Notes under the pieces: generated by a model | Databases searched by the model: none | What the model was told of the DNA's origin: nothing | The model's input: only the letters and a program-made list of their open reading frames with translations | Shown: positions 14,575 to 29,981 of the stretch, piece after piece | Layout: each line of letters starts with the position of its first letter | How positions within the stretch are numbered: position 1 is the stretch's first letter | Origin: Octopus vulgaris | Lineage: Eukaryota | Length of the DNA: 64,000 bases | Assembly (NCBI GenBank): GCA_951406725.2 | Contig: OX597823.1 | Span: 107,260,001-107,324,000 of the forward strand | Reading direction: 5' to 3' | Program-made: the position numbers and the translations under genes

Positions 14575-14968
14575 TCGTTGATAAATAAGATCCATTTGTC
14601 AGACTTGCTTGCGTGGACGATCAAACGCCTGTGTGCAACACATCATGTATATGGAAGACACATATATATGTTGCATCATGTATATGGAAGACACATATTA
14701 ACCCTTATCTTAGAACCACTTTACATTCTTGGCACATAGGTATCTAGCCGTGTTGAGTGTAGTGGGGTGATCAAGCCATGCTAGGTGTTTGCAATTTACC
14801 ACATGGCGAACACGAACGTGTAGTATACTCTTACTCCAAACATGCAGAGGAGAGAGAGCGAGAAAGAAAGAGAGAGGAAGAGAGAAATTGCATGTCAAAT
14901 TGAGTATCTGACACCTGTTAGCACGCATATATTTTGTAAGTAAACTTTTGTCGTCTCTCCCACCCTCG

Positions 14969-15280
14969 GTAAAAAGCTTGCTTCCCAACCACATGGTTCC
15001 GGGGTCGGTCCTACAGCGTGGCACTTTAAGCAAGTGTCTTCCACTATAGTATCGGGGCCGACCAAAGCTTTGAGAGTGGATTCAGTAGACGGAAACTGAA
15101 GGAAGCCCATCGTATATGTGTGTCTTTTGTGCCTGTATTTGTTCCACCACCACCGTTTCACCAACCGGTGTTAGTGTGTTCATGACCCTTTAATTTAGTG
15201 GTTCGGCAAAACAGACCGATAAAATAAGTACCAGGCTTTATAATAAACAAATAAGTACTAAAAAGTCTTCAAGGTAGAGC
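14969..15280 (+). mobile_element. tRNA-derived SINE, family A (5'-truncated head)
   Basis: gcttgcttcccaaccacatggttccggg...ggccgaccaaagc...gtagacggaaactgaa; homologous to 30648-31081, 41148-41420 and 60915-61307. Confidence 0.9.
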
Positions 15281-15986
15281 TCTCTTGTATATGTCTGTGC
15301 GTGCGAGTAGATACACGTCTGTGTGTTTGTGCTTGTCTATCAACAACGCTCGACAGCAAAGGTTGGTCCGTTTATTTGGAAAATTGGCTCAGCATAAGAA
15401 GACCAAACGATTAATCAATTACCAGACAAGAAATAATTACTGGTGTTGATTTGCTCGACTAAACCCTTTAGGCTGGTACTCCAGCATGACGGCAGTCCGA
15501 TGATGATGACTAAAAGAATAAAAGAGCACTCGCACTCGCACGCGCACTGCCACATTCGCTCCCGCGTGTAGCCATATATTCACCCGAAAGTCCATTGACC
15601 AGCCGGAACGATATAAAGTATTATTCTTCCTCCTTACGCTGTATTCAGTTACAACATTAGAGGAGAATAAACAAAACATCACCTGCACACCCTTTGTTTA
15701 CTCTGAAATAGTATTCTAATTAAAGAGTCGAATATTGTAATTTTAATTATATTAATGGCATTAACGATAATGAAATATTCATTGATCGCTGTCTATTTCA
15801 CACATCTTTTCAGCGAATATTTTTATTTGTTTATATTACTTTCAGTCAGAGTTGAATGGGATCTATGAGAGATGACATAACTATAACTTCGATATTTTTG
15901 TAAGCTGCGATTATTTACATCTACAGGCTGGAACCTTTGTGCTCAAAGATATTTTATACACAAATACTATCTTTCTAAATATGTGT

Positions 15987-16056
<70 letters not shown>

Positions 16057-16140
16057 ATGTGGATGTGGGGGAATATATATGTGTGCGTGTGTGTGTACAT
16101 ATATATGTGTATGTATATATGTATATAACGATATATATGC

Positions 16141-16173
<33 letters not shown>

Positions 16174-16205
16174 TATATATATTGAGTTGATTTCTTCGTC
16201 TCAGT

Positions 16206-16530
16206 CAGTGGTTCTCACCCGGGATCCATATGGCCCCTGAGGGTTCACATAAGACTGGGATGGGAGGCATGCGGCAAAATAGTAAGTTGGGGGCCCGCAA
16301 TAGTATTTAAGGGCCCCTGAAAAAATTTTACTTTATATATTACAAGAAACAACAAGGTTACTTTCTCTGACATAGTTCAACTGACACAAGTTAATGTGGG
16401 AAAAACAAAATAGGAATTTTGAAAGAAGTTTCTATAAAACTAGTTTTTAAACATCGGATAGCTAAGGGTGTCCACCAAAATAAAATAGTACTCAATGGGT
16501 CCATAAATGAAAAATAGTTGAGAAACCCTG
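16206..16530. mobile_element. hAT (Charlie-like) MITE
   Basis: TIRs cagtggttctca / tgagaaaccctg; 8-bp flanks gtctcagt / gtctaaat (6 of 8 identical). Confidence 0.85.
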
Positions 16531-17328
16531 GTCTAAATCCTTCAAGGCGGTACTCCAGCATGGCCGCGACTATTACGCAGCCTATGCTCCAGCATGGCTG
16601 TGACTATCACGCAACCTGTGCCCCACTTTGTTATTTACTACATTCTCTCTTTCTCGTTACACTGATATCTCTCATCGCATATATTACTGTTAGTGTATGC
16701 GTGTGCGCATATTTAATATTAGGATATCGCTAGTAAATTCCATCTAGAAACCTGAAATTTATCGTCTATTATTAATATCGATCCCGTGCGTAGATTTATG
16801 AAATTAGTGTATCTAAAAATTTCAACTTATCCATAAAACTTCGTCTTAACTTCTGTCAAAGATTAACACTCTGTTCGTACTTAAACTTACTGTTTAAATA
16901 GAAGCAAATGTCAGTTTTAAAATCTCAAATATTCGAGTTAATTAACTTTCTTCGGGGTTCGTACAACCTATCACATGCTTATTAGGAACTTACACTGAAG
17001 TTACTCCAAGACGTTTTTATTACTTTGTTTTGCTTTTAGGTATCTTATTGGTAGGAATAAGAGAAAAGCCTGCGGTCTTTGCATGATGCTTTCCCATATT
17101 CCTGAGATCCTAGTTCGGTAACACTAGCCTATATACGCAACGAATATCAATCCCGGAGTTCTCTGGATTGTGATCATTTGGAAAACACGTGAGAAGGAAG
17201 CAAGACTATCAAGGAGGCTCACTTTGAGGAATTGAACTGTGAACTTTAGGCCGGGCTCAGGGAGATACAGTAGAATGAGAGTGACATGCGCCGCTTGAGT
17301 TTGAACTGATGCTCTGACAGACAGACAG

Positions 17329-17378
<50 letters not shown>

Positions 17379-17388
<10 letters not shown>

Positions 17389-17699
17389 ATTCGAGACAAA
17401 ACCACTATTTTAAAACCAAACAAGGAAAGACTTAATCAATACATAAAATTTTAATATAAATTAAATAAACCGCCACTACAAATGTTTCATGTCTGCTACC
17501 GACAATCTTCAGGTGGATTTTCGATCTTCTAATCAGTATCAAATATTAAAATTTTATGTATTGATTAAGTCTTTCCTTGTTTGGTTTTAAAATAGTGGTT
17601 TTGTCTCGAATTATATTATATAATATTTTACTATAAAATTGGATTTAACCCTAAATCTGATTTTTCCCTGTAATTTTGGATTCATTCCCTAATATTTAT

Positions 17700-17710
<11 letters not shown>
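17379..17710. mobile_element. Penelope-type pseudo-LTR fragment with inverted duplication, in (TA)n
   Basis: Perfect inverted arms ~17379-17457 and ~17543-17621, hammerhead motif in the spacer, TA arrays on both flanks. Confidence 0.75.
17473..17516 (-). ncRNA. Type I minimal hammerhead ribozyme
   Basis: Minus strand CCAC-CUGAAGA-uUGUC(ggUagca)GACAu-GAAA-CA(uu)UG-UA-GUGG: intact core, stems I-III, GUA cleavage triplet. Confidence 0.78.
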
Positions 17711-17885
<175 letters not shown>

Positions 17886-19369
17886 ATAGGTAGAGAAAGG
17901 GGGAGAGAGTTGGATAGAACGATATTTTAACTATTTACAATAAGTTGGTACTAATAAAGCAAATATCTAAACACATACAAATAGGTAATTGTATTTAAAA
18001 ACAAAAAGAGTAAAATAAAAGCATGAAAACGAAACAGTTGTACACAGTTGAGTCAGGTGTTTCAATGTAAATAATCAAAACACCAATGCAATGTCTCCAG
18101 TCTGAATTGTCTCGCTGGGTTTTTTTTTCCGGAAAATATGAAATAACTTGCAAATTCTAGAGAATGTTAAAAAACATTTGAAAATAAGAAATGAAGTAAA
18201 AAAAACGTATGAAGTATTTGGAAAATCCTAAAAAAGCATATAAAAAGGAAGAATTTTGCCCCATTTCCCTTCAGCTTTTGTTATTTGGTCATATCTGTAA
18301 TTATAGATATTTCAATCTGGGGTAGAGTTCTGCCTCTGAGAAAAGGTGTTTTGTTATGTTTTTCATTATGTCTTACAATTTCCATATCTACAACAATACT
18401 TAAACATAAATTACAGTTTCGTTTAAACTAGATTTGAACGCCTTTTGAAAACAGTGGCCTACTTCTCATAATGCATTTTCTCTCTTCATTGTTCTATATT
18501 TTCGGGGAAAGTGGTTTTTCCTTTCTTTACGAAACAAGCATTTGAACTACTACTACTATGATTAGTGGTCAGGTGATCTGAACTTGAGCCAGCTTTCACA
18601 AAGATTTCGATTGCTTATTATCTATGAAAGCCGATATGAAATTGCCCATAGACAATAATATCAGAGTCGCTCATCGATGAAAAAAAATGACTGGGTGAAA
18701 TTACCCAGGGATGTTTTCTTATGAAGAACATAATAGTTAAGTCGGTGCTAGCAAATTTAATGTAATGACTGAACTGAGAAACTTAATTAAAATTACACAT
18801 CTGATGAGTAAAAAAATCATTAATGATTAACGCTGTCCATCAATGGAAAAGGCAAACAACTCTCGAATGTAAATTACTTGAAATTAATATTTTTGCGCCA
18901 TTGTTGTATTTTGGTACAGTTTTGTAGCATTATGTTTGAGTTTTGATAATATCATAAGCTAAAAGATCTGATACCAAGATCTATGTAAGAACTAATAATT
19001 AACTATTTATGCTTGTTTAAAGTTAAATGTATGCATTGTTTTCAATTAAAACAGTAACTTTTTCCGTTTTTCAGTTAAGGTTAGTATGTTCCCACTTATT
19101 CTTGGTATTAATTGGTATACAAGAGAGAATTAGTGGCACCTTTGTTTTTTTATTTTTTATTTTTTCATTATTTAAATTTACTGAGTGAATTCAGTAATGC
19201 GTATCGAAGTTGTTGCATGTTTCAGACCTGTTTTATCTGTATTAAGCCAGTTTTAATATATGAATTCATTCACTATATTCTGAGGTCATTTGTCCTGACA
19301 AAAGCATTCATATATGGTAAGTAAAGTAGAAGAAATCTAAATCTGTGGATGTATATTTTTCGTTTACGT

Positions 19370-20830
19370 ACATAGTGAATTCGAATTACTCAAGTATTAG
19401 GTCTTGGGTGATACCTTCAGTTAGATAACTTTCTGGGGTTTCTTAAATTAATCAGGTTAACATACCACGGATGGTGCGCTAAGGTGTATTATGCTAGTTC
19501 AGAGTTACTGAGGTTATTGTAGTAGCGGTAGGCAAAATAGTACGTCTGGGAAGAACTAGCGAGTTAAATAGATTTTCTATTCAGCCAAATTGCTATAATT
19601 TTGCTGTGATCTAGGATGTGTGTGTTTCTATCTGGTGTAACATCTCAAATATGTGAACAGTACTCCATTACAGGTTGTATGTATTTTGTAGATGGTCAGC
19701 TGTTGACTAGAGATTATGTATTTCCGAAGTTTGAAGAGAAAGACTAGTCTTTGAAAAGCAAATCAGGGAGTGCTATATATGCAAGGTCACAGAGAAGAAA
19801 GTAAACTGATCGCAGCTGTGCATATTATGGTACAGATGTAGTCCTTAGCTAGGTAGGAGCGTGGTATATCAGTTATATTATAACTCAACCTAATAGTGAA
19901 CACTCAGGCAGTCAGATTTTAACCATACGCTTGCAGCGTTACATTCTGTACTTCGTCCATTGTTCAGCCGATTTCTGCGTGCTTGTAGATTCTGGTGATA
20001 TTCACAATAGCGGCAGCCAAGGTCGTCTGGATCAGAGCTCGATAGTCACTTTTCTTGTCTCCTCATTGTACTAGAGAATAATCAGGTTATTGACGAAGTA
20101 GCTATTTCTGTGTGCACGTTTACGTATGTATGCCTGAGATAAATAGGGAGAATGAATCCTTAAGACACTGTTTTTGTAGTATTGTGGTGAGTTGTGGATG
20201 TGTTTGGAGATAATTCTTTATGTAGTAGCAAAGACCCTATAGCTACTCTATAGATCGTATAATCTGTGCCTCCCTCATATCCAGCTAGTTTTAGTTTAAT
20301 ATTTGTTATATGCAGTCATTGTTGCAATCTGTGTTGATGAGAAGTAAATGTCTTGTACAAGCGAGTGATGAGTCTGTAGGATGCTTCTTTATTTGGGATT
20401 TTTGTTGGACTTTAGAAATGTTATGATCTGACCAAGCATTTACTTCCAGAGGCTAGAAATTTGGTAGGGATGATATTGGTTAGTGCAGGCGTATGCTTGA
20501 GATTTTGTCAAAAGCTGAGACTTCACATTGCTGTTTTTTTTTAATCAGATGGAAGAAAGTGATCAAAGACGTGATATCGGTAGAAAGTGAATATTTTTCA
20601 TCTTCAGTCTTGTTTTCTTTGACTTGTTTCAAGTGATTGATTTTCTCGAGGATTGGGGAGTGGGGTTGCTCTTGTTAAAAGAATATCAGCTTGTTGATGT
20701 GCAAACACCATTTTTGCAGTTGTTATTATAACATGCTGCCGTTACCATTAGGAGACCCAGTTCATTAGTAGAAGCAGTGAATGCAAAAACATCCTGATGA
20801 ATGTTTGAACTGATAGCAATGACATGCGCC
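19370..20830 (-). mobile_element. Decayed CR1/Jockey-like LINE ORF2 remnant
   Basis: Around 19640-19700 the minus strand gives QLTIYK...QPVMEYCSHI with a frameshift; boundaries approximate. Confidence 0.6.
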
Positions 20831-21679
20831 AAACTACCGCACTTTCTCTTCCCTGTATATTTTCTATATTTTGTAATGATTTATGCTGCCGCGAAAATAC
20901 ACATCTCCTAGACATTCCAGACTACTTCTCAATGGAATAAATATTTATTGTATGCAGATATTAAATTGCACGTTTGCCCGAAGTTGAGGTCGTCATCCTT
21001 GGCTAAACCATTGAGTTATAAGTATATTTTTGTAACACTTTTTCTGCTTTTCCTCTAGGTTGTTTTCAATAGATTTTGATGTTATGTATGACTTTAGATA
21101 CGGCATGAGCTAATACATCTATATACTTATACCTAGCATTATGTATATCCGGACCGTATTGAAGTTTCTCGGATAAGTCTTAATACGAAGCAATGCGTTA
21201 AGATATTTTATGAAAGTATTTTTATGTAAGATTATTTATTTAACTCTCCGTTTTTCTCTCTCTTTTGCTCAACCTTCACTTCTTCAGTTAGATATTTATA
21301 CAATTTTTTCAAATATGGGCGCGATTATATGTGTGTCTGCATGTATGTATACTTGTATGTAACATGCTTGCACCTATATACATACATACATACATACATA
21401 CATACATACACATGTGCACACACACATATGCATACATACATATGGCTACAGTACAAATATATTTTATATACATATATGTTGATAATATATATGTGTAATG
21501 TATATATACACAGACATATCAGACATATTATTATATTATTATATACATTCTTATACTTGGATGTATATATATTTATATATATGGATATATGTATATAGAG
21601 ATATACATGCACATAAGCTATAATACATACATACATACATACACACATACATACATACATACATACATACATACATACA

Positions 21680-21745
<66 letters not shown>

Positions 21746-21861
21746 GTTTTTCTGTGTATGCCTTTAGAATATCACATATGCATCACACACACACACATAC
21801 ACACATGCACACATGTAGATATATGTAAATATATACATATATATACATATGTGTAAATATG

Positions 21862-21908
<47 letters not shown>

Positions 21909-22619
21909 TCACATACATACCTAAGTATACACATGCATACATGAATACATACATTCATACGTGAATACATACATGAGTACAAACATACGTAGTGACGTGT
22001 GTGCGTATGTATAATCATTCAGGCATTTGCTGCGGTGTGCTTCTTGTAGTTAAGCCTGCATAGAAAATGGCAAAGTTTTATTAGTGAGGTGGAAGCAAGC
22101 TTTGCTCTGTTGCTTCGGATAGCAAACTCATATATATGAAAAACAAACAAGAAATTCATCTGCAACAACAACAATAAGAAGAGCAACAACAATATTTTAT
22201 GAAATAACGGTAGAAAGAGCAGTAAAAAGCATATAGGATTAAAATGCTAATATTTGATGTAGCGAGTCTAGTGAAGATCTAAAGATTTCCCACTGTATCT
22301 GCTGACCATTGGAGAAATAGAATCCAGGGAAGGTAATGCAGATGAAGGAGAGAAAAATGGTAAAAAAAAATTTTTGAAAATAAGTACGAATGAAAGCGAA
22401 GTACCTAAGAAGTAAATGATTACATGCATGTGTATGTGTGTGTGTCTATGTGTGTATGTATCTATGTATAGAATGTAAGTACATACACAAATACAGAAAT
22501 ACATGTAATGAAAATAAATACGTATATACCTGTAAATGTGTGTGTGTGCGTGTGTGGATAAGCATACATACATATACATACGTTCACGAAAACATATACG
22601 TATCAAATTTTATACATGC

Positions 22620-22620
<1 letters not shown>

Positions 22621-22683
<63 letters not shown>

Positions 22684-22702
22684 TGATAATAATAATAATA
22701 AT
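22621..22702. repeat. (TAA)n microsatellite
   Basis: Direct reading. Confidence 0.97.
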
Positions 22703-22977
22703 ACTATGATGCGCGGGCGCATGTGTATAAGGGTGTGTGTCAGTGTAACAGTGTGCGTATGTGCGTGTATGCGTACGTATTTGTCGAAAAGAATGGTGAA
22801 CGTTAGAAGAAATAGGATATCAAAAAGGGACAAGAGAGAAAGTACAAGAGAGGGAAGAAAAATGTAGGGATGGAATGCAGAAAGTATTAAAAATGTCCAA
22901 GATTATTGCATTATTATTCAAGCATACTCCCGTACACATAATACATACGCATATGCATGTTATACACATACATGCAT

Positions 22978-23216
<239 letters not shown>

Positions 23217-23591
23217 AGGTATATGTATGCATGTGTGTATATTTATGTATGTTGAGCGTATGTATGTGCGCAAATCTATTATATGATTGCATATTTTTAT
23301 GCGTACAAACACAAATATATTTCTATGCGCTAGTATTACGACGGCATAGTTGTGAACACACGCACACAGAAGCAAATAGCTAAATGCACACACATACACA
23401 TACACACATGCACACATACACACTTTCATACACACTTTCTTACATACAGGTGTAGGTGTGTGTCTTATTAAACTCACCTATAACTCTCTGTATAAAGCTA
23501 CATCGATGTAAAATTCTGTTTATCTTTAGTTATGCACGGCTTTCTGGCAGTTGCATTTTTACGCACGTGTTAAGAAAAATAATCAAAGCAT

Positions 23592-23639
<48 letters not shown>

Positions 23640-23682
23640 GTATGTAGATAGATAGAGAGATAGATAGATAGATGGATGGATG

Positions 23683-23764
<82 letters not shown>

Positions 23765-23786
23765 GAGATAGATAGATAGATGGATG

Positions 23787-23849
<63 letters not shown>

Positions 23850-23933
23850 GGATGGATGGATAGATAGATGGATGGATAGATGGATGGATGGATGGAAGGA
23901 TAGATAGATAGATAGACAGACAGATAGATAGAC

Positions 23934-23973
<40 letters not shown>

Positions 23974-24053
23974 GGATGGATGGATAGATAGATGGATGGA
24001 TAGATGGATGGATGGAAGGATAGATAGATAGATAGACAGACAGATAGATAGAC

Positions 24054-24093
<40 letters not shown>

Positions 24094-24138
24094 GGATGGA
24101 TGGATGGATGGATAGATAGATGGATGGATGGATGGAAG

Positions 24139-24201
<63 letters not shown>

Positions 24202-24278
24202 GGATGGATGGATGGATGGATGGATAGATAGATGGATGGATGGATGGATAGATAGATGGATGGATGGATGGATGGAAG

Positions 24279-24336
<58 letters not shown>

Positions 24337-24363
24337 AGGAGAGAGAGAGAGAGATGGATGGAT
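23592..24363. repeat. Compound (GATA)/(GGAT)/(GACA) array with ~120-bp higher-order period
   Basis: Marker gatggaagga recurs at 23891, 24011, 24131 and 24271. Confidence 0.95.
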
Positions 24364-24877
24364 AAGGTAACATGTTTGAACACGAAATGAGGAGAAGGTA
24401 GGAAATAGAGAAGCAGTTGTGGCTGGGAGAGAAGTAGGACAAACTGAGTGAATAATTGCCGCATCAATGGGTTTCGCCAGAAATGAGAAATTTTAATCCA
24501 AACGTAAAAGACGGACATCAAAGATGGATGCTTTTGGATGTGGCGTGGGGGTTGGTGGTTAGGATTACATCCAGAATCCTTGGAGTAGTAAAATCATCCG
24601 TTGAAGAACTAGGTGTTTCATTGTTGTTGTTTTTGCTCTTGTTGTTGTTGTTGCTGCTGCTTATGGTGGCAGTGACGCTAGTGGTTGATGGGGGGTTGAT
24701 TGTGGTGGTGCTGGTGGTGTTATTGTTGAGGATGATATTGTTAGGAATGTGGTGATGTTGTGGCTTGCCTTTGTTCAACTTGTCGGTAAGAGTGTCGGTG
24801 AATCAGTTATCAATGGAAAGAAACTGTAGACATGGCAGAAGAAACAATGGCAGTGGTGAGGGTGGCGATATTGATAG

Positions 24878-24891
24878 TGATGATGACGATG

Positions 24892-24932
<41 letters not shown>

Positions 24933-24950
24933 AATGATGATGATGATGAC

Positions 24951-24982
<32 letters not shown>

Positions 24983-25180
24983 CGATGACGATGATGATGA
25001 TGATGATGATGACGATGACGATGACGATGATGATGATGACGATGACGATGGTGACGACGATGATGATGATGATGATGACGATGATGATGATGTCGATGAC
25101 GATGACGATGGTGATGATGATGATGATGATGGCGATGACGTTGACGATGATGATGATGGTGGTAGTGATGATGATGGTGG
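24878..25180. repeat. (GAT/GAC)n trinucleotide array
   Basis: Direct reading; gives spurious poly-Asp/His/Met ORFs. Confidence 0.95.
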
Positions 25181-25336
25181 TAGTGCTGGTGGAGGCAGGA
25201 AGGTGACTTATTACTGCTAGAGGAAATAACTGTATTGGATAAAGTATTGATGGTGATCGTAGTGATGGTAGTGATTGCAGCAGTAGTAGGAGGGTTGGTG
25301 GCAGTTTTGGCTGATGTTGTAACAGCAATCATGATG

Positions 25337-25374
<38 letters not shown>

Positions 25375-26426
25375 GGTGGTGGTGGTGGTGGTGATTGATT
25401 GCAATGGTGTCTGTAACAGTAACGATATTGGCTATTGTTATCGTTGTCCTGGTTTTGTGTTTTTTTTTACCTCAGGTAAATCCTGATAGAACAAATATCA
25501 TGATCACAAGCACTCCAACGGTGATCATCCAGTCTTTTCCTATGTGGAAGAGTAAGAGTTTGAGTGTATATATGTGTGCAAATTCTATGACATGATTGCA
25601 TATTTTTATGCGTAAGACTGCATCATGCCCATTTGTACCTAAGAATATATTATCGAAAGTGTCCCTTTCTAAAACAGTGAATTTTGGTTTGGGGTGATTT
25701 GGCTACTATTTCTAACAGGTCCGGAGATTCCCTTCGTTGATTCATGATGGTGGTCGTGGTAGTGATGACAGCTGTGGTAGCAACAGTTGTGTGGGTGATG
25801 ATGAAGAGGGTTAATGCTTGAAGTCTTTTATTATTGTATTCATAAGATGTAAACACCGATCAGAACTACTGCACGTTTCGCATCTTAAGCAAGGTTTTGT
25901 CTTAATTTATATACGTTTTTTTCTTACCACTTCCAGTACAGAGGTTCTATGGAAATTACCTCTAATTTCAGAACATCCCAATATTTTAGATAATCTTATT
26001 TTATTTCAAAGATTTTAAGAAAGATTAATTACGGGGAGGGCATCCACTGAGACTTACATATACTAGCTATACCTTGTACTTTGAAGATTATTAAAGAATG
26101 TTTGTCGCACAGTTTTTGTCAACAATATTTATTTTAGGGAGCGTCTTCTGCTGTTTCATTGGAAACCATTTATTGTTACTGTTTATTATTTCCATTCCTG
26201 CGGCTACGCTGTAATCATGTCTTATCAATTTGGCTGTCATTATTTTGTATTTTTTTCATTTGTTTCTTAATAGTCTTCTGTTTCTTCTGTTTATTGTGGA
26301 GCTTTATTTCTTTTGCTGGTTTTGCTTCGGTGTATTTTCAATAATCTTTATAATCTTTTGTATCTTTTAAAATGGTGTTTACAGTTTTCAATCAAAGTAT
26401 TCTTTACATATGTGTGTCAATGTGTA

Positions 26427-26460
<34 letters not shown>

Positions 26461-26529
26461 TGTGTCTCTGTGTGTGTGTGTGTGCGTGTGTGTGTGTGTA
26501 TACACGCGCGCACATACACACACACACAC

Positions 26530-26580
<51 letters not shown>

Positions 26581-27356
26581 CGCTCACGCGCACAAACATA
26601 CATATACAAACATTTGAAATAAAGAAATATATATGCAGGAATACGTGTGTGCGCGCGTGCGAATGTGTGTGTCCAACTCTAGAATACATTGCAAATCTTA
26701 TTGAATGTTTGATTTAATTTGATATCTGTAAACATTTTACACCTGTAATAAAGACATTTCGATTTTAAAGTAGAGCAGCAGAGGGTTCGAATACTCTTTA
26801 GTTTTTTTCTTCTTTTTTTTAATACATCCTCATAATGTTTATTTCCTTGATATATTCTATACCACATATGTCTTCCCTTTATATGGTGCCGTAATAACGT
26901 ACTAATTGACGTTGTAGCAAAAGTGATTTACACTGTCATTATGTGTGAGATGTTTTCGTCGCGGCTGTTTAGGCTTAAATACCTGGATACCTGTTCCATA
27001 TGCCTTTTCATTCCAGCAGGTCACATGACCTTGTGATTAGCTGAACTTGTTGTTCGTACTGGTCGGTTTCCAGCCGTCCAATCGTGTTGGCGCAACAGTT
27101 CGTTTTTCCTTACGCAGAAATTAATCGCCAGCTCTGGGAGCTTCCTGATCTCTATAAGAACGACAGTTCTGGACTGTTCTATGTCTATGACACACGCCAC
27201 TGACCACACGCAACTCGTCTCTGACAACGATGTATCTGACACCAGCCAATCCCCGCTTCCATCTCCATTAGACACCTGCCTGCATCGTTGAACACCACAC
27301 GACCAACAGACCAACGGCTGCTTCTACACACCACCAAACAGTACGTCAACTTTTTC

Positions 27357-29439
27357 TACAAGATCAAAGATCTTGGTGGAGGTTGAATCCTAAGATACAA
27401 GAACATGAATCTAGCGCTGTGCATTAGAATGCGTTCACTCAGTGGAAAGAGCTAGAAATTCGTCTTCCCAAAGGAAAGTTAGTAGAAAAAGAACAACAAA
27501 CTTTTGTTGAAAATGAAATGGAAGCAAATCCTGACAAGATTCTTGGAATTAATTATGTTTCTTGCTAAGCAAAACCTAGCCTTACGAGTTGAGAAGACAA
27601 ATGAAAATAAAAGAAATTTTCTGGAGCTTGTTCAACTGATTGGAAAATTCGACCCTGTGCTACGTGAATATTTGGTGCAAGTAAAAATTGTTAAGTTTAC
27701 AACTTTCTATCTCTTACCAAAAGTTCAGAACGAAATTGTGAACGCCCTGGGAGATCAAGTGAGAAAATAAGCTATCGATGAAGTGAAAGGGAGTAAATGA
27801 TATTGCATTATTTTTTATAGTACTCCAGACATTTCTCATACTGATATTGTTGGGTCACATTGAGGTGCAACGTTATGTTAAAATAGACGAAAAGGAAGTA
27901 ACAGTAGAAGAATCCTTTCTTCATTTTATTGAGATGAAAGGCAAAAATGCTGAACATATTACATCAATGATTCTGAAACGATTAGAAATGGACGACATTA
28001 ACATTCAAGGCTGTCGTGGACAAGCATTTGATAACGCGTCAGTAATGGCAGGGCATCGATCCGGGGTTCAAGCGCGCATCACAGAAGTCAATCCAAAGAT
28101 TGTATTTGTGCCATGCACCAATCACTCTTTGAATTTAGCAGCTGTGCATGCAGCTTCAGTGAGTGTAGATTCAGTTACTTTGTTTTGGCACATTGGACCG
28201 TATATTTTCATTCTTCTCAGCCTCAACTCATCGATTAGACATCTTGATTGAGATAACTGGTGCAACTATCAAATGGGATGGGGAAACTAGATGGAATAGT
28301 CGAGCAGATGCAGTGAAAGTTGCAGAAATAAAATTCACGGAAATCATCGCTGCGCTAGAATGGTTGCTGGAAGATGCAGAAAACGCAACTACGAGATCTG
28401 ATGCAGGCTTAATTCTTCAGGCGATGCTATCATGTTCTTTCATGTCATTTCTTAGCCCTTGGAGAGATATACTTCCAGAAATTAATGACACTCAAAAGTA
28501 CCTCCAAACGATAGGTCTGGAGTTGCAACACTTTGCCATTAAACCATTAGCCTTGGAGACTTCTCTACTTGTAAGCAGAGACAAGACAGTAGATAATGTG
28601 TTGGCCTATTCAACCGAAATTTGCTCTGATATGGGAATCAGTATAGAGCGTCGAATTCGCAAAAAGAAAAGAATGAGCTACGAAGAAAGTATCAATGCTA
28701 CTCTCAGCTGCGACGCTGAGCTAAGAAGAGAAATGTTGTCAGTGATAGATAGACTGGTTGAAGAAATAACCTCTAGATTCAAAAGGCTTCACGATATTGC
28801 GAAGAAATACACCTTTCTCACACCGTCCAATTTGTTAGATAAAGAGTGTAATTGGGATGTAGATGCTTTTGATGAGAATATTAAAAGATAAGACTTTCTG
28901 GTTGAAAGGGCAATTTGACGGCTACTGACGCTTAAGACATGGAAGGGCCTTTACAAGTTCTTCAGTTTATTTAGAAATATAATCTTATTGATTCATTGCC
29001 AAATATTTTAATACCTTCATGAGTCTTCCTAAGTCGTGCCATTAGTGTTGCTAACTACGAGCATTCCCTTTCACACCTCATGTGCAGAATAAGTCAAACA
29101 AGGTTGACTGATTTAGCAGAACTATCCGCAGAGCGTGTCCTTGCGGATAAAATTAATTTTGATGAAGTCATTCAAGATTTCGAGAAGAGGAAGGCACGTA
29201 AAATCAAGTTGTAAATCGTCTATTTTTGTAATTCTGTTCTTTAATATATTCCAATTATTTTTGTGTATAAATATAATAAAAGTAAATTTCAGGGAAATTT
29301 GCTACAGTTTGACTTCTTATTTTGCATACACATTTACCTGTACCATTCCATTTTGGGCGTTCTGAAGTGTTATTAGAACTTTAAGGGGCGGCCAAATAAA
29401 CATCTTCCCCATGCAGCACTTGTGCTAGGTACGCCACTG
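27357..29439 (+). mobile_element. Decayed hAT DNA transposon (ZMYM1-like transposase), left end missing
   Basis: Fragments FLAKQNLALR..NFLELV..DPVL, DSTPDISH, CRGQAFDNASVMAG..SGVQARI..FVPCTNHSLNL, ETRWNSR; right TIR ctaggtacgccactg at 29425-29439; many stops and frameshifts. Confidence 0.93.
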
Positions 29440-29950
29440 AGTAAGGGCTACGATTAGAACTGTTCTGACATCACAGCTACTCGGACGGGCTTTGGGCCGC
29501 ATATCGGGAAGTGTCACTCGACTGACTGGCTACACTCAGTAACCTCTGGACCACAGGCGTAGTGTTTAGTCTCTCTGTCTTTCCTTTCGTTACTATAGTA
29601 CCATTTGGTTCTGGAATTTGGCTAGTGTTGTACCCCCACCAACAGGCACGGATGACCCACTCGTCTCTCCAGTTCTCATAATCACCCTAGTTGTGCTTAA
29701 CCACAGTGGCCCGCACAATCACTATGCTCAATTCTCTCTCTGTAGTGCATCAGTTCACTGGAATATATAAAAAAAACTCTCTTGGTTGTACTTTATAATG
29801 ATATGGTAAAAATCTCACCTCTCATATTAATTTTAGTATTTCTTCTCTTGTTAAGCAACAGGTGTGAAGATATTGCAGGGAATATTAACGTCTGCGTTTC
29901 TGTCAGTAGTACTGTATAATTTTTTACAATGCATATTGTTGCTGCTGTTG

Positions 29951-29981
<31 letters not shown>

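Noticed and set aside
24765-25220. Poly-Asp ORF as an acidic or biomineralisation protein
   Set aside because: Pure (GAT/GAC)n array, open in several frames, with no signal peptide or splice support
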